A stretch of DNA of 64,000 nt, taken from contig JAHBTS010000002.1 in the NCBI GenBank assembly GCA_019638515.1, positions 23,395 to 87,394 on the forward strand, written 5' to 3'. Shown here piece by piece: positions 19,118-29,605 of the stretch (positions are counted from its first letter, which is position 1; every line of letters starts with the position of its first letter). This stretch comes from Chitinophagales bacterium. Its GTDB lineage: Bacteria > Bacteroidota > Bacteroidia > Chitinophagales > LD1. The notes beneath the pieces were generated by a model, which saw nothing but the letters and a program-made list of their open reading frames with translations, searched no databases and was not told where the DNA came from. The position numbers were made by a program, and so were the translations under genes.

Positions 19118-21115
19118 ATGCAATTCGATAAGAAAAATCTTAGCAACGAAGAACTGATTCAACTCTATAAACTCATACTAAAACCAAGGGTAATAGAAGA
19201 GCGCATGTTGAAACTACTGCGCCAAGGAAGAGTAAGTAAATGGTTTTCGGGAATAGGGCAGGAGGCTATTTCTGTAGGGGTTACTGCTGCCTTAGAGCCT
19301 AATGAATATGTGTGTCCGCTGCACCGCAATCTTGGAGTTTTTACCACGCGCGGTTGTGATTTACAGCAGCTTTTTGAGCAGTTTCAAGGAAAGGAAAATG
19401 GATTCTCGCAAGGGCGTGAGCGCAGTTTTCACTTTGGCACCAATGCACATCACATTGTAGGAATGATTTCGCACTTAGGACCCCAGCTTTGTGTGGGCGA
19501 TGGCATTGCTTTGGCAACACAGCTTAAAAAAGAGAAAAAAATAACAGTTGCTTTTACTGGCGATGGAGGCACCAGCGAAGGCGATTTTCACGAAGCCTGC
19601 AACATTGCAGCGGTTTGGAATTTACCCATTATTATTCTTATTGAAAATAATGGTTACGGACTTTCAACTCCCGTAAGCGAACAGTTTAAATGCACACATC
19701 TTGCCGATAGAGCCATTGGCTACGGCATGAAAGGCATTACCATAGATGGCAATAATATTTTAGAGGTTTACCACACCATTAAGCAACTACGCGAAGAAAT
19801 GTTGGAGAATCCACATCCGGTATTGTTGGAATGCGTTACATTTAGAATGCGAGGACACGAAGAAGCAAGTGGTGTAAAATATGTACCCAAAGAACTATTT
19901 GAAATTTGGGAGAAGAAAGATCCGGTATCGAATTATGAAAACTGGCTTATTGAAGAAGGAATTATTTCGCCCGATTTTCCATTGATGTTGAAGGATGAAA
20001 TGGATGCAGAAGTGAGATTGGCATTTGATAATGCCGATCGCCAACCGGAAATATCTGCCAATACAGCAAAAGAAGAAAGTGAAGTGTATAGGCCGTTTTC
20101 ACCTTCGGCATCCACACTTTTGTTATCGCCACTTATGGCAGCTTCAACCACAGATATGCGTTTTGTAGATGCAGTTTCCGATGCACTAAGGCAAGCTATG
20201 CAACATCATCCTAATTTGGTAATAATGGGGCAAGACGTAGCAGCGTATGGAGGTGTTTTTAAAATTACCGAAGGTTTTGTAGAAGCATTTGGAACAGAGC
20301 GTGTGCGCAATACTCCATTGTGCGAGAGTGGCATATTGAGTGCTGCGCTTGGCATGAGTGTAAAAGGTATGAAAAGCGTGGTAGAAATGCAATTTGCAGA
20401 CTTTGTTTCTACAGGTTTTAATGCCATAGTAAATAATCTTGCCAAGAGCTATTGGCGCTGGGGACAAGCTGCCGATGTAGTGGTGCGTATGCCAACAGGT
20501 GCGGGCGTTGGAGCAGGGCCGTTTCATTCTCAAAGTAATGAAGCATGGTTCTTTCACGTACCGGGATTAAAGGTAGTGTATCCATCTTCTCCATTCGATG
20601 CCAAAGGATTGCTTTGTGCTTCTATTGAAGACCCCAATCCGGTAATGTTTTTTGAACACAAAGCACTTTACCGAGCTATAGAGGGTGCAGTGCCACAAGA
20701 ATACTACACAATAGAAATAGGTAAAGCAGCACTGCTCCAAGAAGGCACCGATGTGAGTATTATTACTTATGGAGCAGGTGTGCATTGGGCCTTAGAGGAA
20801 ATAAAAAGCAGAAGTACTGCAACTAGCATAGAATTGCTAGATCTGCGTACGCTGTTGCCATTCGATAAAGAAGCAATTGCCGCTACCGTAAAGCGCACAG
20901 GAAAAGTATTGATATTGCATGAAGATACACTTACCGGAGGTATAGGAGCAGAAATTGCTGCATGGATAAGCGAAAATTTGTTTGAATTCTTAGATGCACC
21001 TGTAATGCGTTGTGCATCTTTAGATAGTCCGGTTCCGTTTGCTATTTCTTTGGAGAAAAATTTTCTTGCAAAAAGTCGCTTGAGCAGCACTATTGATACA
21101 TTGCTGAGCTACTAA
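19118..21115 (+). CDS. 2-oxoacid (branched-chain alpha-keto acid type) dehydrogenase E1 component, fused alpha/beta subunits
   Basis: 665 aa. The N-terminal half carries the E1-alpha TPP motif (GDGGTSEGDFHEA...NN). The C-terminal half is E1-beta/transketolase-like. Confidence 0.85.
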   Translation: MQFDKKNLSNEELIQLYKLILKPRVIEERMLKLLRQGRVSKWFSGIGQEAISVGVTAALEPNEYVCPLHRNLGVFTTRGCDLQQLFEQFQGKENGFSQGRERSFHFGTNAHHIVGMISHLGPQLCVGDGIALATQLKKEKKITVAFTGDGGTSEGDFHEACNIAAVWNLPIIILIENNGYGLSTPVSEQFKCTHLADRAIGYGMKGITIDGNNILEVYHTIKQLREEMLENPHPVLLECVTFRMRGHEEASGVKYVPKELFEIWEKKDPVSNYENWLIEEGIISPDFPLMLKDEMDAEVRLAFDNADRQPEISANTAKEESEVYRPFSPSASTLLLSPLMAASTTDMRFVDAVSDALRQAMQHHPNLVIMGQDVAAYGGVFKITEGFVEAFGTERVRNTPLCESGILSAALGMSVKGMKSVVEMQFADFVSTGFNAIVNNLAKSYWRWGQAADVVVRMPTGAGVGAGPFHSQSNEAWFFHVPGLKVVYPSSPFDAKGLLCASIEDPNPVMFFEHKALYRAIEGAVPQEYYTIEIGKAALLQEGTDVSIITYGAGVHWALEEIKSRSTATSIELLDLRTLLPFDKEAIAATVKRTGKVLILHEDTLTGGIGAEIAAWISENLFEFLDAPVMRCASLDSPVPFAISLEKNFLAKSRLSSTIDTLLSY

Positions 21116-21121
21116 GTACCC

Positions 21122-22294
21122 TTGCCTGTTTTTGCTTTTAAAGAACCATTTGTATCTTTCGCTAAATCTTATCCATTGAAAATAGTACTATCTGCTATTG
21201 CATTGCTTATTCATTCCATAGCGGCTGCACAGGTTGATTTTTTAGAAGGTAAAATAGTGGATGCCGAAACTGGCTTTCCGCTTTCGTATGCCAATGTGTT
21301 TATTCCTTCAACTAAAGAAGGAATGTTTGCTAATGACGAAGGCTTGTTTAAGGTGAAAACTGAGGGCTTGAAAGACGAAGACAGTATTTGGTTTTCGCAC
21401 TTAGGTTACGAACATACACGCACTACAATTGGGGTATTTAAAAGCAATGGGAATACGGCACATGTAAAACCTACACAGTATAATCTAAGCGAAGTGGTAA
21501 TTACGCCATTAGATGCCAAAACCATGCTGCAGAATGCCGTAAAAAATGCAAAAGAAAATTATCCGAGCGACTATTCTAAAACCCGCATGATGTTTAAAGA
21601 TTTTAGTAAACGCAGCGGGCATCGCAGCCATTATTTTTACTTCGATTTAGATGCTTACATTCAAACATACCAAGGCAAAAAATTGAATGTTTTTTCAAAA
21701 GTATATAAACATGAAATGTACGATAAAAAGGGTGAATTCGCTGTAAGCATGAAGCCCACCGATATTCTGCAAATTGCAATGGTTGAAAATACTTTCCGTG
21801 AAGAAAAATTAAAGGATTTTGAGTTTACTTATTTAGGAAAAACAACTTATGAAGGTGCAGAATTAGATGTGATTGCATTTAAGAGTATTCCAACTAAGAA
21901 AAACAATTTTGTTTCCGTAAAAGGAAGAACTTTTATTACCAAAGGTGAAAAAGCAATTCAATACGTTGAATTCAATATTAAAAGCGAGCGCTCTAAACGC
22001 TTTATGCTGGTGGCTAAAATGGATACACTAAATGTGCTTGTAAAGATTGCTTTTAGGCCAGTAGAAAATCAGTTTGTAATAGATTATGCTGTGCAAACTA
22101 CTTATGCCAAAGGCACTTTGTTTGGTAAGCAGGAAAGTTTAGTGTATTCCACCACAGTTAAAGCATTTTCGCATCAATTGCATTTACAACCAAGCGAAAT
22201 CTACTCCCGCAAAGAAGTAGAGGAAATCATTAAAAAGGAAAAACCTAAAGACATTTCGCTGCTAAAGGAAGATCCGGATATGCAGTTGCAGTAG
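21122..22294 (+). CDS. carboxypeptidase-regulatory-like domain protein (secreted), start uncertain
   Basis: GKIVDAETGFPLSYANVFI...G.F matches the CarboxypepD_reg fold motif. The track start is a TTG 7 nt after the previous stop. An alternative TTG at 21176 precedes the signal-like KIVLSAIALLIHSIAAAQ. Confidence 0.6.
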   Translation: MPVFAFKEPFVSFAKSYPLKIVLSAIALLIHSIAAAQVDFLEGKIVDAETGFPLSYANVFIPSTKEGMFANDEGLFKVKTEGLKDEDSIWFSHLGYEHTRTTIGVFKSNGNTAHVKPTQYNLSEVVITPLDAKTMLQNAVKNAKENYPSDYSKTRMMFKDFSKRSGHRSHYFYFDLDAYIQTYQGKKLNVFSKVYKHEMYDKKGEFAVSMKPTDILQIAMVENTFREEKLKDFEFTYLGKTTYEGAELDVIAFKSIPTKKNNFVSVKGRTFITKGEKAIQYVEFNIKSERSKRFMLVAKMDTLNVLVKIAFRPVENQFVIDYAVQTTYAKGTLFGKQESLVYSTTVKAFSHQLHLQPSEIYSRKEVEEIIKKEKPKDISLLKEDPDMQLQ

Positions 22295-23173
22295 CTATTT
22301 TAAATCGGCAATTGCCTTTTTTAAGCGTTCTTGCAGCGTATTGCTAATAGGTACTAAAGGCAATCGCAAGTTGCTTTCGCAAACGCCTAATACTTCTAAA
22401 GCATATTTTATACCTCCTGGATTTCCTTCGGCAAAAAGCATATCGGTAATGTCGTTTAGTTTGTAATGTAGTGTTCTTGCTGCTGCAAAATCGCCACGCA
22501 AGCAGGTGCGAACCATTTCGCTAAAAATTTTGGGAAATGCTTGGCCTACCACAGAAATTACCCCATCAAAGCCATACGCTATTAAACCTAATGTTATGTT
22601 ATCGTCTCCGCTGATGAGTAAAAAATCTTTTGGGCAATTTTTTGCCAATTGCATGGCTTGTGCAAAATCGCCAGCAGCTTCTTTAATACCTAATACATTA
22701 GGCACTTCGTTGGCAATTTTAATGATGGTAGATGCCAACATATTCGAGCCTGTTCTGCCGGGAACGTTGTATAAGATGATTGGTTTGGGCGATGCCTTTG
22801 CAACTACTTTATAGTGCTCTATAATACCGTTTTGTGTAGGCTTATTGTAGTATGGACTTACACTTAGTACGGCATCAATTCCGGTAAAGTCTTGTGCTTC
22901 TAAATCTTTTACTATTTCAGCGGTATTGTTGCCTCCAAAACCTGCAACCACAGGCACTCTGCCGGCTGCTTGTGCAACTGTAAATTTTAGTACCTCTTTC
23001 TTTTCATCCTTTGATAATACAACAGATTCTCCGGTAGTGCCGAGCGAAACTAAATACTCTGTTCCGTTTGCAATATTTAATTCGATTACATTGGCTAAAC
23101 CTTTAAAATCTATTGCGCCATTTTTGCTGAATGGTGTTACCAAAGCCACACCTGTACCTTGAAATTTTTTCAT
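22295..23173 (-). CDS. dapA: 4-hydroxy-tetrahydrodipicolinate synthase
   Basis: 292 aa. GTGVALVTPF and GTTGES motifs, with DapA-like sequence throughout. Confidence 0.9.
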   Translation of the reverse strand: MKKFQGTGVALVTPFSKNGAIDFKGLANVIELNIANGTEYLVSLGTTGESVVLSKDEKKEVLKFTVAQAAGRVPVVAGFGGNNTAEIVKDLEAQDFTGIDAVLSVSPYYNKPTQNGIIEHYKVVAKASPKPIILYNVPGRTGSNMLASTIIKIANEVPNVLGIKEAAGDFAQAMQLAKNCPKDFLLISGDDNITLGLIAYGFDGVISVVGQAFPKIFSEMVRTCLRGDFAAARTLHYKLNDITDMLFAEGNPGGIKYALEVLGVCESNLRLPLVPISNTLQERLKKAIADLK

Positions 23174-23700
23174 TATTTATTTTCTATTTTTTGAAGATAT
23201 TGAATGCTGTGAGTTAGCAATTTTAGAAGTGTTTGGTTAGAGCCTGCAGTAGGCTTTATCATAAATTCAAATTGATTGGTTTTTGCCTCATCGAAATAAC
23301 CGATTCTGCAAGTAGCTTTGCTTTGCTGTACAATAAAATCTAAGGTTAGGTTCTCGTGTTTATAGAATGCAAAAAGCATGTCTGCCTTTTGCCCCGTAAA
23401 CTTATCGATGGCGGTACTCTTAGGCACAAAATGCCAATTGACATCTTTTGAAGTAAAGGAAGGAAGTGGATTATTGTTTTTTTCGTTTTCATTAAAAATA
23501 AGGCACGAAACCGATATGTTTTCTTTCTCTAAAGAACTAACTGCCTCTTGTATTTCGGCTGCTGTATGTGCTGTGGTGTTTGGTAATAAAATACATACCT
23601 GATTTATACTATTCCAGTTTAAGAGGCGGTGCTCTTGTTGCGGAATTTCTTTAAAAGATTGAAGGAAGAAAAACCTTCGTAACCGATACCACCAATTCAT
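23173..23700 (-). CDS. hypothetical protein (175 aa)
   Basis: ORF packed between accA and dapA with 1-nt overlaps at both ends, consistent with an operon. No motif recognised. Confidence 0.55.
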   Translation of the reverse strand: MNWWYRLRRFFFLQSFKEIPQQEHRLLNWNSINQVCILLPNTTAHTAAEIQEAVSSLEKENISVSCLIFNENEKNNNPLPSFTSKDVNWHFVPKSTAIDKFTGQKADMLFAFYKHENLTLDFIVQQSKATCRIGYFDEAKTNQFEFMIKPTAGSNQTLLKLLTHSIQYLQKIENK

Positions 23701-24677
23701 TACCCTGCAATATCTTCAGTTGTTTGCAATACATCGTAAACGCCCATGGCAGAGATTTTTTTTATACGTGCTTCTATGCGCTCTTCTGCTGTATATCCTT
23801 TTAACTCATCTAAATATTTTTGTATGGTTTTTTTGAGTGTTTTTGCCATTTCTTGTGGTTGACTGTGTGCACCACCAATTGGTTCTTTTATGATGCCGTC
23901 AATAATTTTATACTTCAACAGGTCTTGAGGTATTGGTTTTAATGCTTCGGCTGCTTTTTCTTTATGTTCCCAACTGCGCCATAAAATGGAAGAGCACGAT
24001 TCCGGAGATATCACAGAATACCATGTATTTTCTAACATAAGCAAGCGGTCGCCAATGCCAATGCCCAATGCGCCACCCGATGCACCTTCGCCAATTACGA
24101 TGCAAAGTACAGGAACTTTTAAGCCTACCATTTCAAATAGGTTTCGTGCAATAGCTTCGCCTTGTCCGCGCTGTTCTGCTTCGGCTCCGGGATATGCTCC
24201 GGGAGTATCAATAAGTGCCACAATTGGCTTGTTGAATTTTTCAGCAAGTTTCATTAATCGCAGTGCCTTTCTATAGCCTTCGGGGTTTGCCATTCCGAAG
24301 TTTCTGTATTGGCGCATTTTGGTGTTTATACCTTTTTGATGTCCAATAAACATTACTGTTTCTCCGTTTAAGCTACCTAAGCCGCCAATAATTGCTTTGT
24401 CGTCTTTAAAATGGCGGTCGCCAAAGAGTTCCACAAAGTTATCGCACATGTATTCTAAATAAAAAAGTGAGTATGGACGCTCCGGATGGCGGCTAACTTG
24501 AATACGTTGCCATACAGATAGGTTGGTATAAATTTCTTTTTGTTTCTCTTTTATCTTGGTTTCCAGTTCGCTTATCTTGTCGCTCATACTTATGCCGCTG
24601 CGCTGCTCTACTTGTTTAAGCTTTTCGCGCTCTTCTACTAATGCGGCAATGGGCGCTTCAAAATCTAAAAAGGTCAT
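23700..24677 (-). CDS. accA: acetyl-CoA carboxylase carboxyltransferase subunit alpha
   Basis: 325 aa. Strongly AccA-like ([26 protein letters not shown]). Confidence 0.9.
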   Translation of the reverse strand: MTFLDFEAPIAALVEEREKLKQVEQRSGISMSDKISELETKIKEKQKEIYTNLSVWQRIQVSRHPERPYSLFYLEYMCDNFVELFGDRHFKDDKAIIGGLGSLNGETVMFIGHQKGINTKMRQYRNFGMANPEGYRKALRLMKLAEKFNKPIVALIDTPGAYPGAEAEQRGQGEAIARNLFEMVGLKVPVLCIVIGEGASGGALGIGIGDRLLMLENTWYSVISPESCSSILWRSWEHKEKAAEALKPIPQDLLKYKIIDGIIKEPIGGAHSQPQEMAKTLKKTIQKYLDELKGYTAEERIEARIKKISAMGVYDVLQTTEDIAG

Positions 24678-24758
24678 GTATATATGCTTGCTTTTTTATT
24701 GCTGAAAAAATAAGGGCAAGCGAAAATAAGTGTTCGCAAACAATTTTTCACGAAACTC

Positions 24759-24788
24759 TTGCATTGAATTTTTAAGCTATTATATTTG
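24759..24788 (+). promoter_or_regulatory. Bacteroidota-type promoter (TTG-N19-TATATTTG) for tRNA-Asp
   Basis: TTG at 24759..24761 and TATATTTG at 24781..24788, 18 nt before the mature tRNA 5' end. Confidence 0.55.
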
Positions 24789-24806
24789 CGCTCCCGTTCG
24801 CGGAAA

Positions 24807-24880
24807 GGATCGGTAGTTCAGTTGGTTAGAATGCTGCCCTGTCACGGCAGAGGTCGCGGGTTCGAGTCCCGTCCGGTCCG
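24807..24880 (+). tRNA. tRNA-Asp (anticodon GTC)
   Basis: GGATCGGTAGTTCAGTTGGTTAGAATGCTGCCCTGTCACGGCAGAGGTCGCGGGTTCGAGTCCCGTCCGGTCCG folds as a cloverleaf. Anticodon loop is CT-GTC-AC. CCA is not encoded. Confidence 0.93.
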
Positions 24881-24883
24881 CAG

Positions 24884-24915
24884 AAGGCTCTCAATGTTGA
24901 GAGCCTTTTTTATTT
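24884..24915 (+). terminator. intrinsic terminator after tRNA-Asp
   Basis: AAGGCTCTCAA-TGT-TTGAGAGCCTT hairpin followed by TTTTATTTT. Confidence 0.75.
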
Positions 24916-24973
24916 TATACCTGTTTGAAGATGAATGGGGTGGGGCTTAATTATAGTATATGCACAAGTTGGT

Positions 24974-25417
24974 TTATGCAATTGAAATTTCAACGGCACC
25001 TTTTGGCTTTTCGTCTTCAGGCTTAGGAAGTGTTACTATTAAAATTCCATTTTCGTAAGCAGCTGTAATTTGAGTGGCATCAATTTTTTTAGGCAATGCA
25101 AAATTCCTAGTAAAGGCTTGGTATTGAAATTCTTTACGGGTGTATTTTTCGCCTTCCGTTTGCTTTTCTTCTTGTGTGGTTGCACTAATTGTAAGTGTGT
25201 TTTCTTCTACTTTTAAAGTGAAACTTTCTTTGCTAAAACCCGGAATTGCCATTTCTATAGTGTAATCTTTGGAGGTTTCCTTAATGTTTACCAAAGGTGA
25301 TGTTCTATACCATTCATTGTTGAACATGGTAGGCAAATCGTTGCTAAAAATGTTTTCAATTAAGTTTGAAAAGTGTGGAGTGGTGTTGCTCCAAGGTTTT
25401 ACATTAAATGTTTTCAT
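24974..25417 (-). CDS. Hsp20/alpha-crystallin family small heat-shock protein
   Basis: 147 aa. The alpha-crystallin domain is present (PLVNIKETSKDYTIEMAIPGF...ENGILIVTLPK). Confidence 0.85.
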   Translation of the reverse strand: MKTFNVKPWSNTTPHFSNLIENIFSNDLPTMFNNEWYRTSPLVNIKETSKDYTIEMAIPGFSKESFTLKVEENTLTISATTQEEKQTEGEKYTRKEFQYQAFTRNFALPKKIDATQITAAYENGILIVTLPKPEDEKPKGAVEISIA

Positions 25418-25555
25418 TGTTATTGAATTTTTTGATGAATAATTTATTCTTCAACTATCAATAGCAATGCCAGACAATATTGTCGGAAATAATGTCGCAT
25501 CTTCGTTGTTTTGGAGCGACAAAATTTCAGGGAGCTAGATGCATAAACTGAATTA

Positions 25556-26161
25556 TTAGCTGAGTTTTGTTTGCAGTAATTTAAAAAACTCATTTCGGGT
25601 AACATGGTTCTCGAATACTCCGGTGTAGGCAGAAGTGGTAGTTACGGAGTTTTGCTTTTGAACTCCGCGCATCATCATACAAAGGTGCTTGGCTTCAATT
25701 ACAACGGCAACTCCTTGTGGGTTTAGCACTTCGTTTACACAATCTCTAATTTGAATGGTGAGCCTTTCTTGTACTTGTAATCTGCGGGCAAAAACATCTA
25801 CTACGCGTGCAAATTTGCTAAGCCCTGCAATTTTTCCATTGGGAATATAACCAATATGAGCTTTGCCATAAAAAGGTAGCAGGTGGTGTTCGCAAAGCGA
25901 ATAGAGTTCAATATCTTTTATGATTACAATTTCGCTGTGGCCTTCATTAAACAAAGCTCCGGCAAGCAGTGCGTGCGCATCCATTTGGTAGCCTTGTGTA
26001 AGATAGTGGATTGCCTTAGCTGCGCGCATTGGTGTTCTTTCCAAACCTTCGCGTGTAACATCTTCTCCAACAGTAGAGAGTAGTTCTGTATATAACTTGG
26101 TTGCTTTTTCAATAGATGCAGTATTGTAAATTTCTTGCTTGGTATAATTATTCATGGGCAA
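25556..26161 (-). CDS. folE: GTP cyclohydrolase I
   Basis: 201 aa. The [10 protein letters not shown] zinc-site motif is present and the sequence is FolE-like throughout. Confidence 0.9.
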   Translation of the reverse strand: MPMNNYTKQEIYNTASIEKATKLYTELLSTVGEDVTREGLERTPMRAAKAIHYLTQGYQMDAHALLAGALFNEGHSEIVIIKDIELYSLCEHHLLPFYGKAHIGYIPNGKIAGLSKFARVVDVFARRLQVQERLTIQIRDCVNEVLNPQGVAVVIEAKHLCMMMRGVQKQNSVTTTSAYTGVFENHVTRNEFFKLLQTKLS

Positions 26162-26245
26162 TGTGCTTGGTGTACAATATTAAAATTTGTTTCAAAATTC
26201 TAATGTATTTACTGTTGTTGCACTTAAAATTCTTATGTGCTTTGG

Positions 26246-26280
26246 CAATAAAAAAGCCACCGTATAAAAACACGGTGGCT
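26246..26280 (-). terminator. intrinsic terminator for the 1051-aa hydrolase gene
   Basis: AGCCACCGT-N8-ACGGTGGCT hairpin (9 bp). On the minus strand it is followed by TTTTTTATT. Confidence 0.7.
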
Positions 26281-26303
26281 TTGGGTTTAGTTTATGATAA
26301 TAA

Positions 26304-29300
26304 TTATCGTACAGTAAATTTCTTAACTACTGCATTAGCCGGATTTTTGCTGTCAATAACTTTTGCAAAATAGATACCGGCAGTAAACTTGCTTAAATCT
26401 ATAATGGTGTTATCGTCAAAATCAATATTTTGTATGGCTTTTCCTGCTACATCTGTAATTTGAACTTGGTAAGAGCCGAATTTATTTACAAATAGCTGAA
26501 CAAAATCTGAAGCAGGATTTGGGAATACATTTACATCGAATGCAGCCACTTTATTTTCAACTTCTTTTACACCAACATAATTTTTAGAATTCCAAACCGG
26601 AAATACTAAACTGGTGGCGTTGCTTGGCGAGAATGCAATTCTTTGTACGGCAACTCTTGCAGTCATATCTACTCCATTGTAACGATATATTTGACCATCG
26701 CCCGGTTTTCTGCGGAAAAATTCGCCATCGTTCATTGGTAAGTTTGGATTTACTTGGTAGCGGGTGTAGTTGGAACTGCTGATAAGTACTCTTAGTTTGT
26801 GTCCTTTACCAAAAGTATAACCAATTGGTTGGAATTTGAATACGTATTCAATTACATCACCAATGTTGATATTGGTGTAAGGAATATATCTATCGGCAGA
26901 ATCTTCTATACCGTTGAAGTAGGATGGGTGAGAAGGGTCAATAGTCATTTTATCTACTAATGAGCGTGCCCAATCTCTTGCACGGGCATTTACGCAACCT
27001 TCTTGTACAAACATTACACGACCATCAGGAAACTCATCGAATAAGCGAACAAACCAATCTGTATCGGTAGGACCATTTAACACACCTCCCGGATTTGTTT
27101 TAGCATACAATGTACATACTGGAAATCCCAAGATAGAGAATGTATCGGTTAGTGGCTCTGTTGAGAAAGAAATTACGCCTTCTCTGTTCATGGTATATTC
27201 AGCATTTTCGGGTGAAGACGCATCTATTTGGCTTTGGGAGTTTCTGGTGCCATCTGGAGCGCGAACAATCATGTTGTTTCCGCCACAAGTTAAAATCGGA
27301 TCGTCTGGATCGTGGATGTAAGTTCTAAAACCTTCATTGGTTGTTGGTGCGCTATTGTCTATACTGCCATTTTGGTGCAAATACATTTTTTTCCATTCAA
27401 CTCCGGTTTTTGGAGGGAATTCCTCTAGGTTTAACCAGTAGTTTCCTACGCCTGTATTGTTAAATCCTTTTTCGGCATCGGCTTGGTAATCGGGTCCGGC
27501 AAGGTATAATCTATAAGCAGCAATGCTGTCTAAGAAATTAGTTTTTGCAATTCCTTTTACTTTATTGTTTGCCAAGGCAGGAAGCAAAGCTCCGGTAGGC
27601 TTAATTGGCGGCATTGGAACAGAAATAATACCATTTTCTGTTTTAATTTCAACGGTAATGCCATTTAAGCTGTCTGTGCCTGCTAAGAAATTAATCATTT
27701 GCCCGAAAGGAATAATCACATCGTTGGCAGGCATTCTTACTTCTCTTATGGTATCCCACTTATTGAAAATATAAAGGGAATCTAATTTTTGCCAACGCTT
27801 TCCTGCTCTGATAATAAATTTGGGTTCACCTAAAGTATCGTTTCCATTATAGTTAAGGTTGTAACGGAACCAAGTAATAATATCGGATTGAATAATTTGG
27901 TCTAAAGGCACATTTGTAAGTTCTACATCGCTCAAATCTACTTTTGTAATTTCCGATACGTTTTCCGGATAGCGAGAATCGCGCCCTGTTATAGGGTCAA
28001 TTCTTCTATCGCCCGAAACACGGCTGCCTACGGTTTGGTGTGCCCAAGGTCCAATAATGGTTTTTTGCATTTTTGCATAGTGGTCTTGGCCTGCTTCTTT
28101 TAATGCTTTTACGGCATAGTTGTGCGTGTTTATTTGCCCTTCGGTAAAAATATCCCACCAACCTGTAATGTGCATTACAGAAGTTCTAAGGTTACCATAT
28201 CTGCTGTACTTTAAATTAGGAAGCGGCACTTCTACACCGTTGCCTAATTTTTGCACAGATTCGCCATCTTCGTTTACCCATGCTACACTGGCATCCATAT
28301 CTGCTCTGCCTACGCTGGCAGGATAAAAACCTGCAAAATCTAAATCGCTGGTTGGATAACGCAAATATCTTTTAGATGTAAAGTGGTCAATGCAAAGATT
28401 GGCTGCATCAAACTTGTTTTGGTTATATTGAAGGTTAATTCCGTTTACTTCAAATTGTTTAGGCAAATCGTAATCGGCAGAAGAGTGGATATTATTCTGG
28501 CGATCTAAATCGGTAGGAATTGCATCGTCATCCGTTCCAGTAAATATCTGACCTTTTAACCATCCGGTAACGATTCTATCTCTAAAAACACCGTTGTTGT
28601 ATCCGGTAGAAACATAGTGTTCTGTAGTTGCCACAATTGGCATTAAGCATTTTAACTCAGGAATGGAATCGGTAATTCTGTGTGCCAATGCTAGTTGCAA
28701 TTGGGTGTTACCTAGTGCCGAAGCCCCAAACATACCGATGCTTCCGTTGTTTACTTTTGTATTGGTGTGTGGATAACCATCGTACAATTTTTTTGCCAAA
28801 TCGTGGAAACCTAAGCTAGCAAAGTATGCAGAGTCCATTCTGGCAATAATTTTGATACTCTCGTATCCGTCTTCGTGTTTGTTACTGTTTTTCGGGTCGG
28901 TGAATGGTGTGTAATCCAATACGTGCGCCCAATTCGGGTGATACGCATTTTTATTCCAGCTATCGGAATACATTGGAAAATAAACACCCTCGCTCTGGTA
29001 GCGCCCGCGCATATCTTGTAAGCAATAGTTGTAGCCTAAAATTGCTAAAATAGAACCTACCACATCGGTTTCGTCTTGTTCACCTTTATCGTAAGGTGTT
29101 CTAGTGAAGATGGTTGGTAATTGGTATGGGTTGGGATTGGGTTGCCCGTTTATAGAATCGTAGAAAATAATTTGTTCACCCTTTTCAATAAAAGTAGGTG
29201 TGCCTTTTGCCTTCACCAAACCCACAAAAGGAATAGTGGTTTCAATATTGAAAGGTTGCACTAAAGAGTCGCGTAAACGCGGAAGGTACATATCTGTGTA

Positions 29301-29459
29301 CAATCGCACGCCATCGGGCAACTGCATTGGCAGGGTGTACTTGGTGGTGAATTCTTCAAAGGCATCTAACTGTCCGTTGTTTTCCCATGCTTTTGTTTGG
29401 GAAAAAGCAGCTGCGGACGATAATAATAATGCTGCTGTTACAGAGAAGAGTTGTTTCAT
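26304..29459 (-). CDS. CocE/NonD (S15 X-Pro dipeptidyl-peptidase-like) family hydrolase with T9SS C-terminal sorting domain
   Basis: 1051 aa with a signal peptide. RTPYDKG and the nucleophile-elbow-like GMFGASALG are present. C-terminal FPNPASDFVQL...GIYFAKV...KKFTV matches a T9SS type-A CTD. Confidence 0.7.
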   Translation of the reverse strand: MKQLFSVTAALLLSSAAAFSQTKAWENNGQLDAFEEFTTKYTLPMQLPDGVRLYTDMYLPRLRDSLVQPFNIETTIPFVGLVKAKGTPTFIEKGEQIIFYDSINGQPNPNPYQLPTIFTRTPYDKGEQDETDVVGSILAILGYNYCLQDMRGRYQSEGVYFPMYSDSWNKNAYHPNWAHVLDYTPFTDPKNSNKHEDGYESIKIIARMDSAYFASLGFHDLAKKLYDGYPHTNTKVNNGSIGMFGASALGNTQLQLALAHRITDSIPELKCLMPIVATTEHYVSTGYNNGVFRDRIVTGWLKGQIFTGTDDDAIPTDLDRQNNIHSSADYDLPKQFEVNGINLQYNQNKFDAANLCIDHFTSKRYLRYPTSDLDFAGFYPASVGRADMDASVAWVNEDGESVQKLGNGVEVPLPNLKYSRYGNLRTSVMHITGWWDIFTEGQINTHNYAVKALKEAGQDHYAKMQKTIIGPWAHQTVGSRVSGDRRIDPITGRDSRYPENVSEITKVDLSDVELTNVPLDQIIQSDIITWFRYNLNYNGNDTLGEPKFIIRAGKRWQKLDSLYIFNKWDTIREVRMPANDVIIPFGQMINFLAGTDSLNGITVEIKTENGIISVPMPPIKPTGALLPALANNKVKGIAKTNFLDSIAAYRLYLAGPDYQADAEKGFNNTGVGNYWLNLEEFPPKTGVEWKKMYLHQNGSIDNSAPTTNEGFRTYIHDPDDPILTCGGNNMIVRAPDGTRNSQSQIDASSPENAEYTMNREGVISFSTEPLTDTFSILGFPVCTLYAKTNPGGVLNGPTDTDWFVRLFDEFPDGRVMFVQEGCVNARARDWARSLVDKMTIDPSHPSYFNGIEDSADRYIPYTNINIGDVIEYVFKFQPIGYTFGKGHKLRVLISSSNYTRYQVNPNLPMNDGEFFRRKPGDGQIYRYNGVDMTARVAVQRIAFSPSNATSLVFPVWNSKNYVGVKEVENKVAAFDVNVFPNPASDFVQLFVNKFGSYQVQITDVAGKAIQNIDFDDNTIIDLSKFTAGIYFAKVIDSKNPANAVVKKFTVR

Positions 29460-29605
29460 ACTTTCGTTTGGTGCTGTGTTATTCCGTTTTTTTTAATGAA
29501 ACACGATAATAAATATAAAGTTGTAAATTTTGTATATGAATTTTCTTTTTGGGAAAAAAAGTTTAGTGATTTCTTGGAAATAATAGAAAATGAAACGAGG
29601 TAAAG

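Noticed and set aside
19933-21090. Several 72-123-aa minus-strand ORFs within the E1 alpha/beta gene.
   Set aside because: These are shadow ORFs opposite a strongly supported long gene, with no motifs. The same reasoning applies to the other short antisense ORFs in the track, for example within cas9, pbpC, accC and the 1051-aa hydrolase.
19118-21115. Fusion of the E1 alpha and beta subunits in one 665-aa polypeptide, as a possible novelty.
   Set aside because: As far as I recall, fused alpha/beta E1 genes are a common, already annotated arrangement in Bacteroidota. This is not unusual.
25473-25484. Perfect 12-bp palindrome GACAATATTGTC upstream of the hsp20 gene, as a possible heat-shock operator.
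   Set aside because: It is not CIRCE or any operator I can name. A single short AT-rich palindrome is weak evidence on its own.
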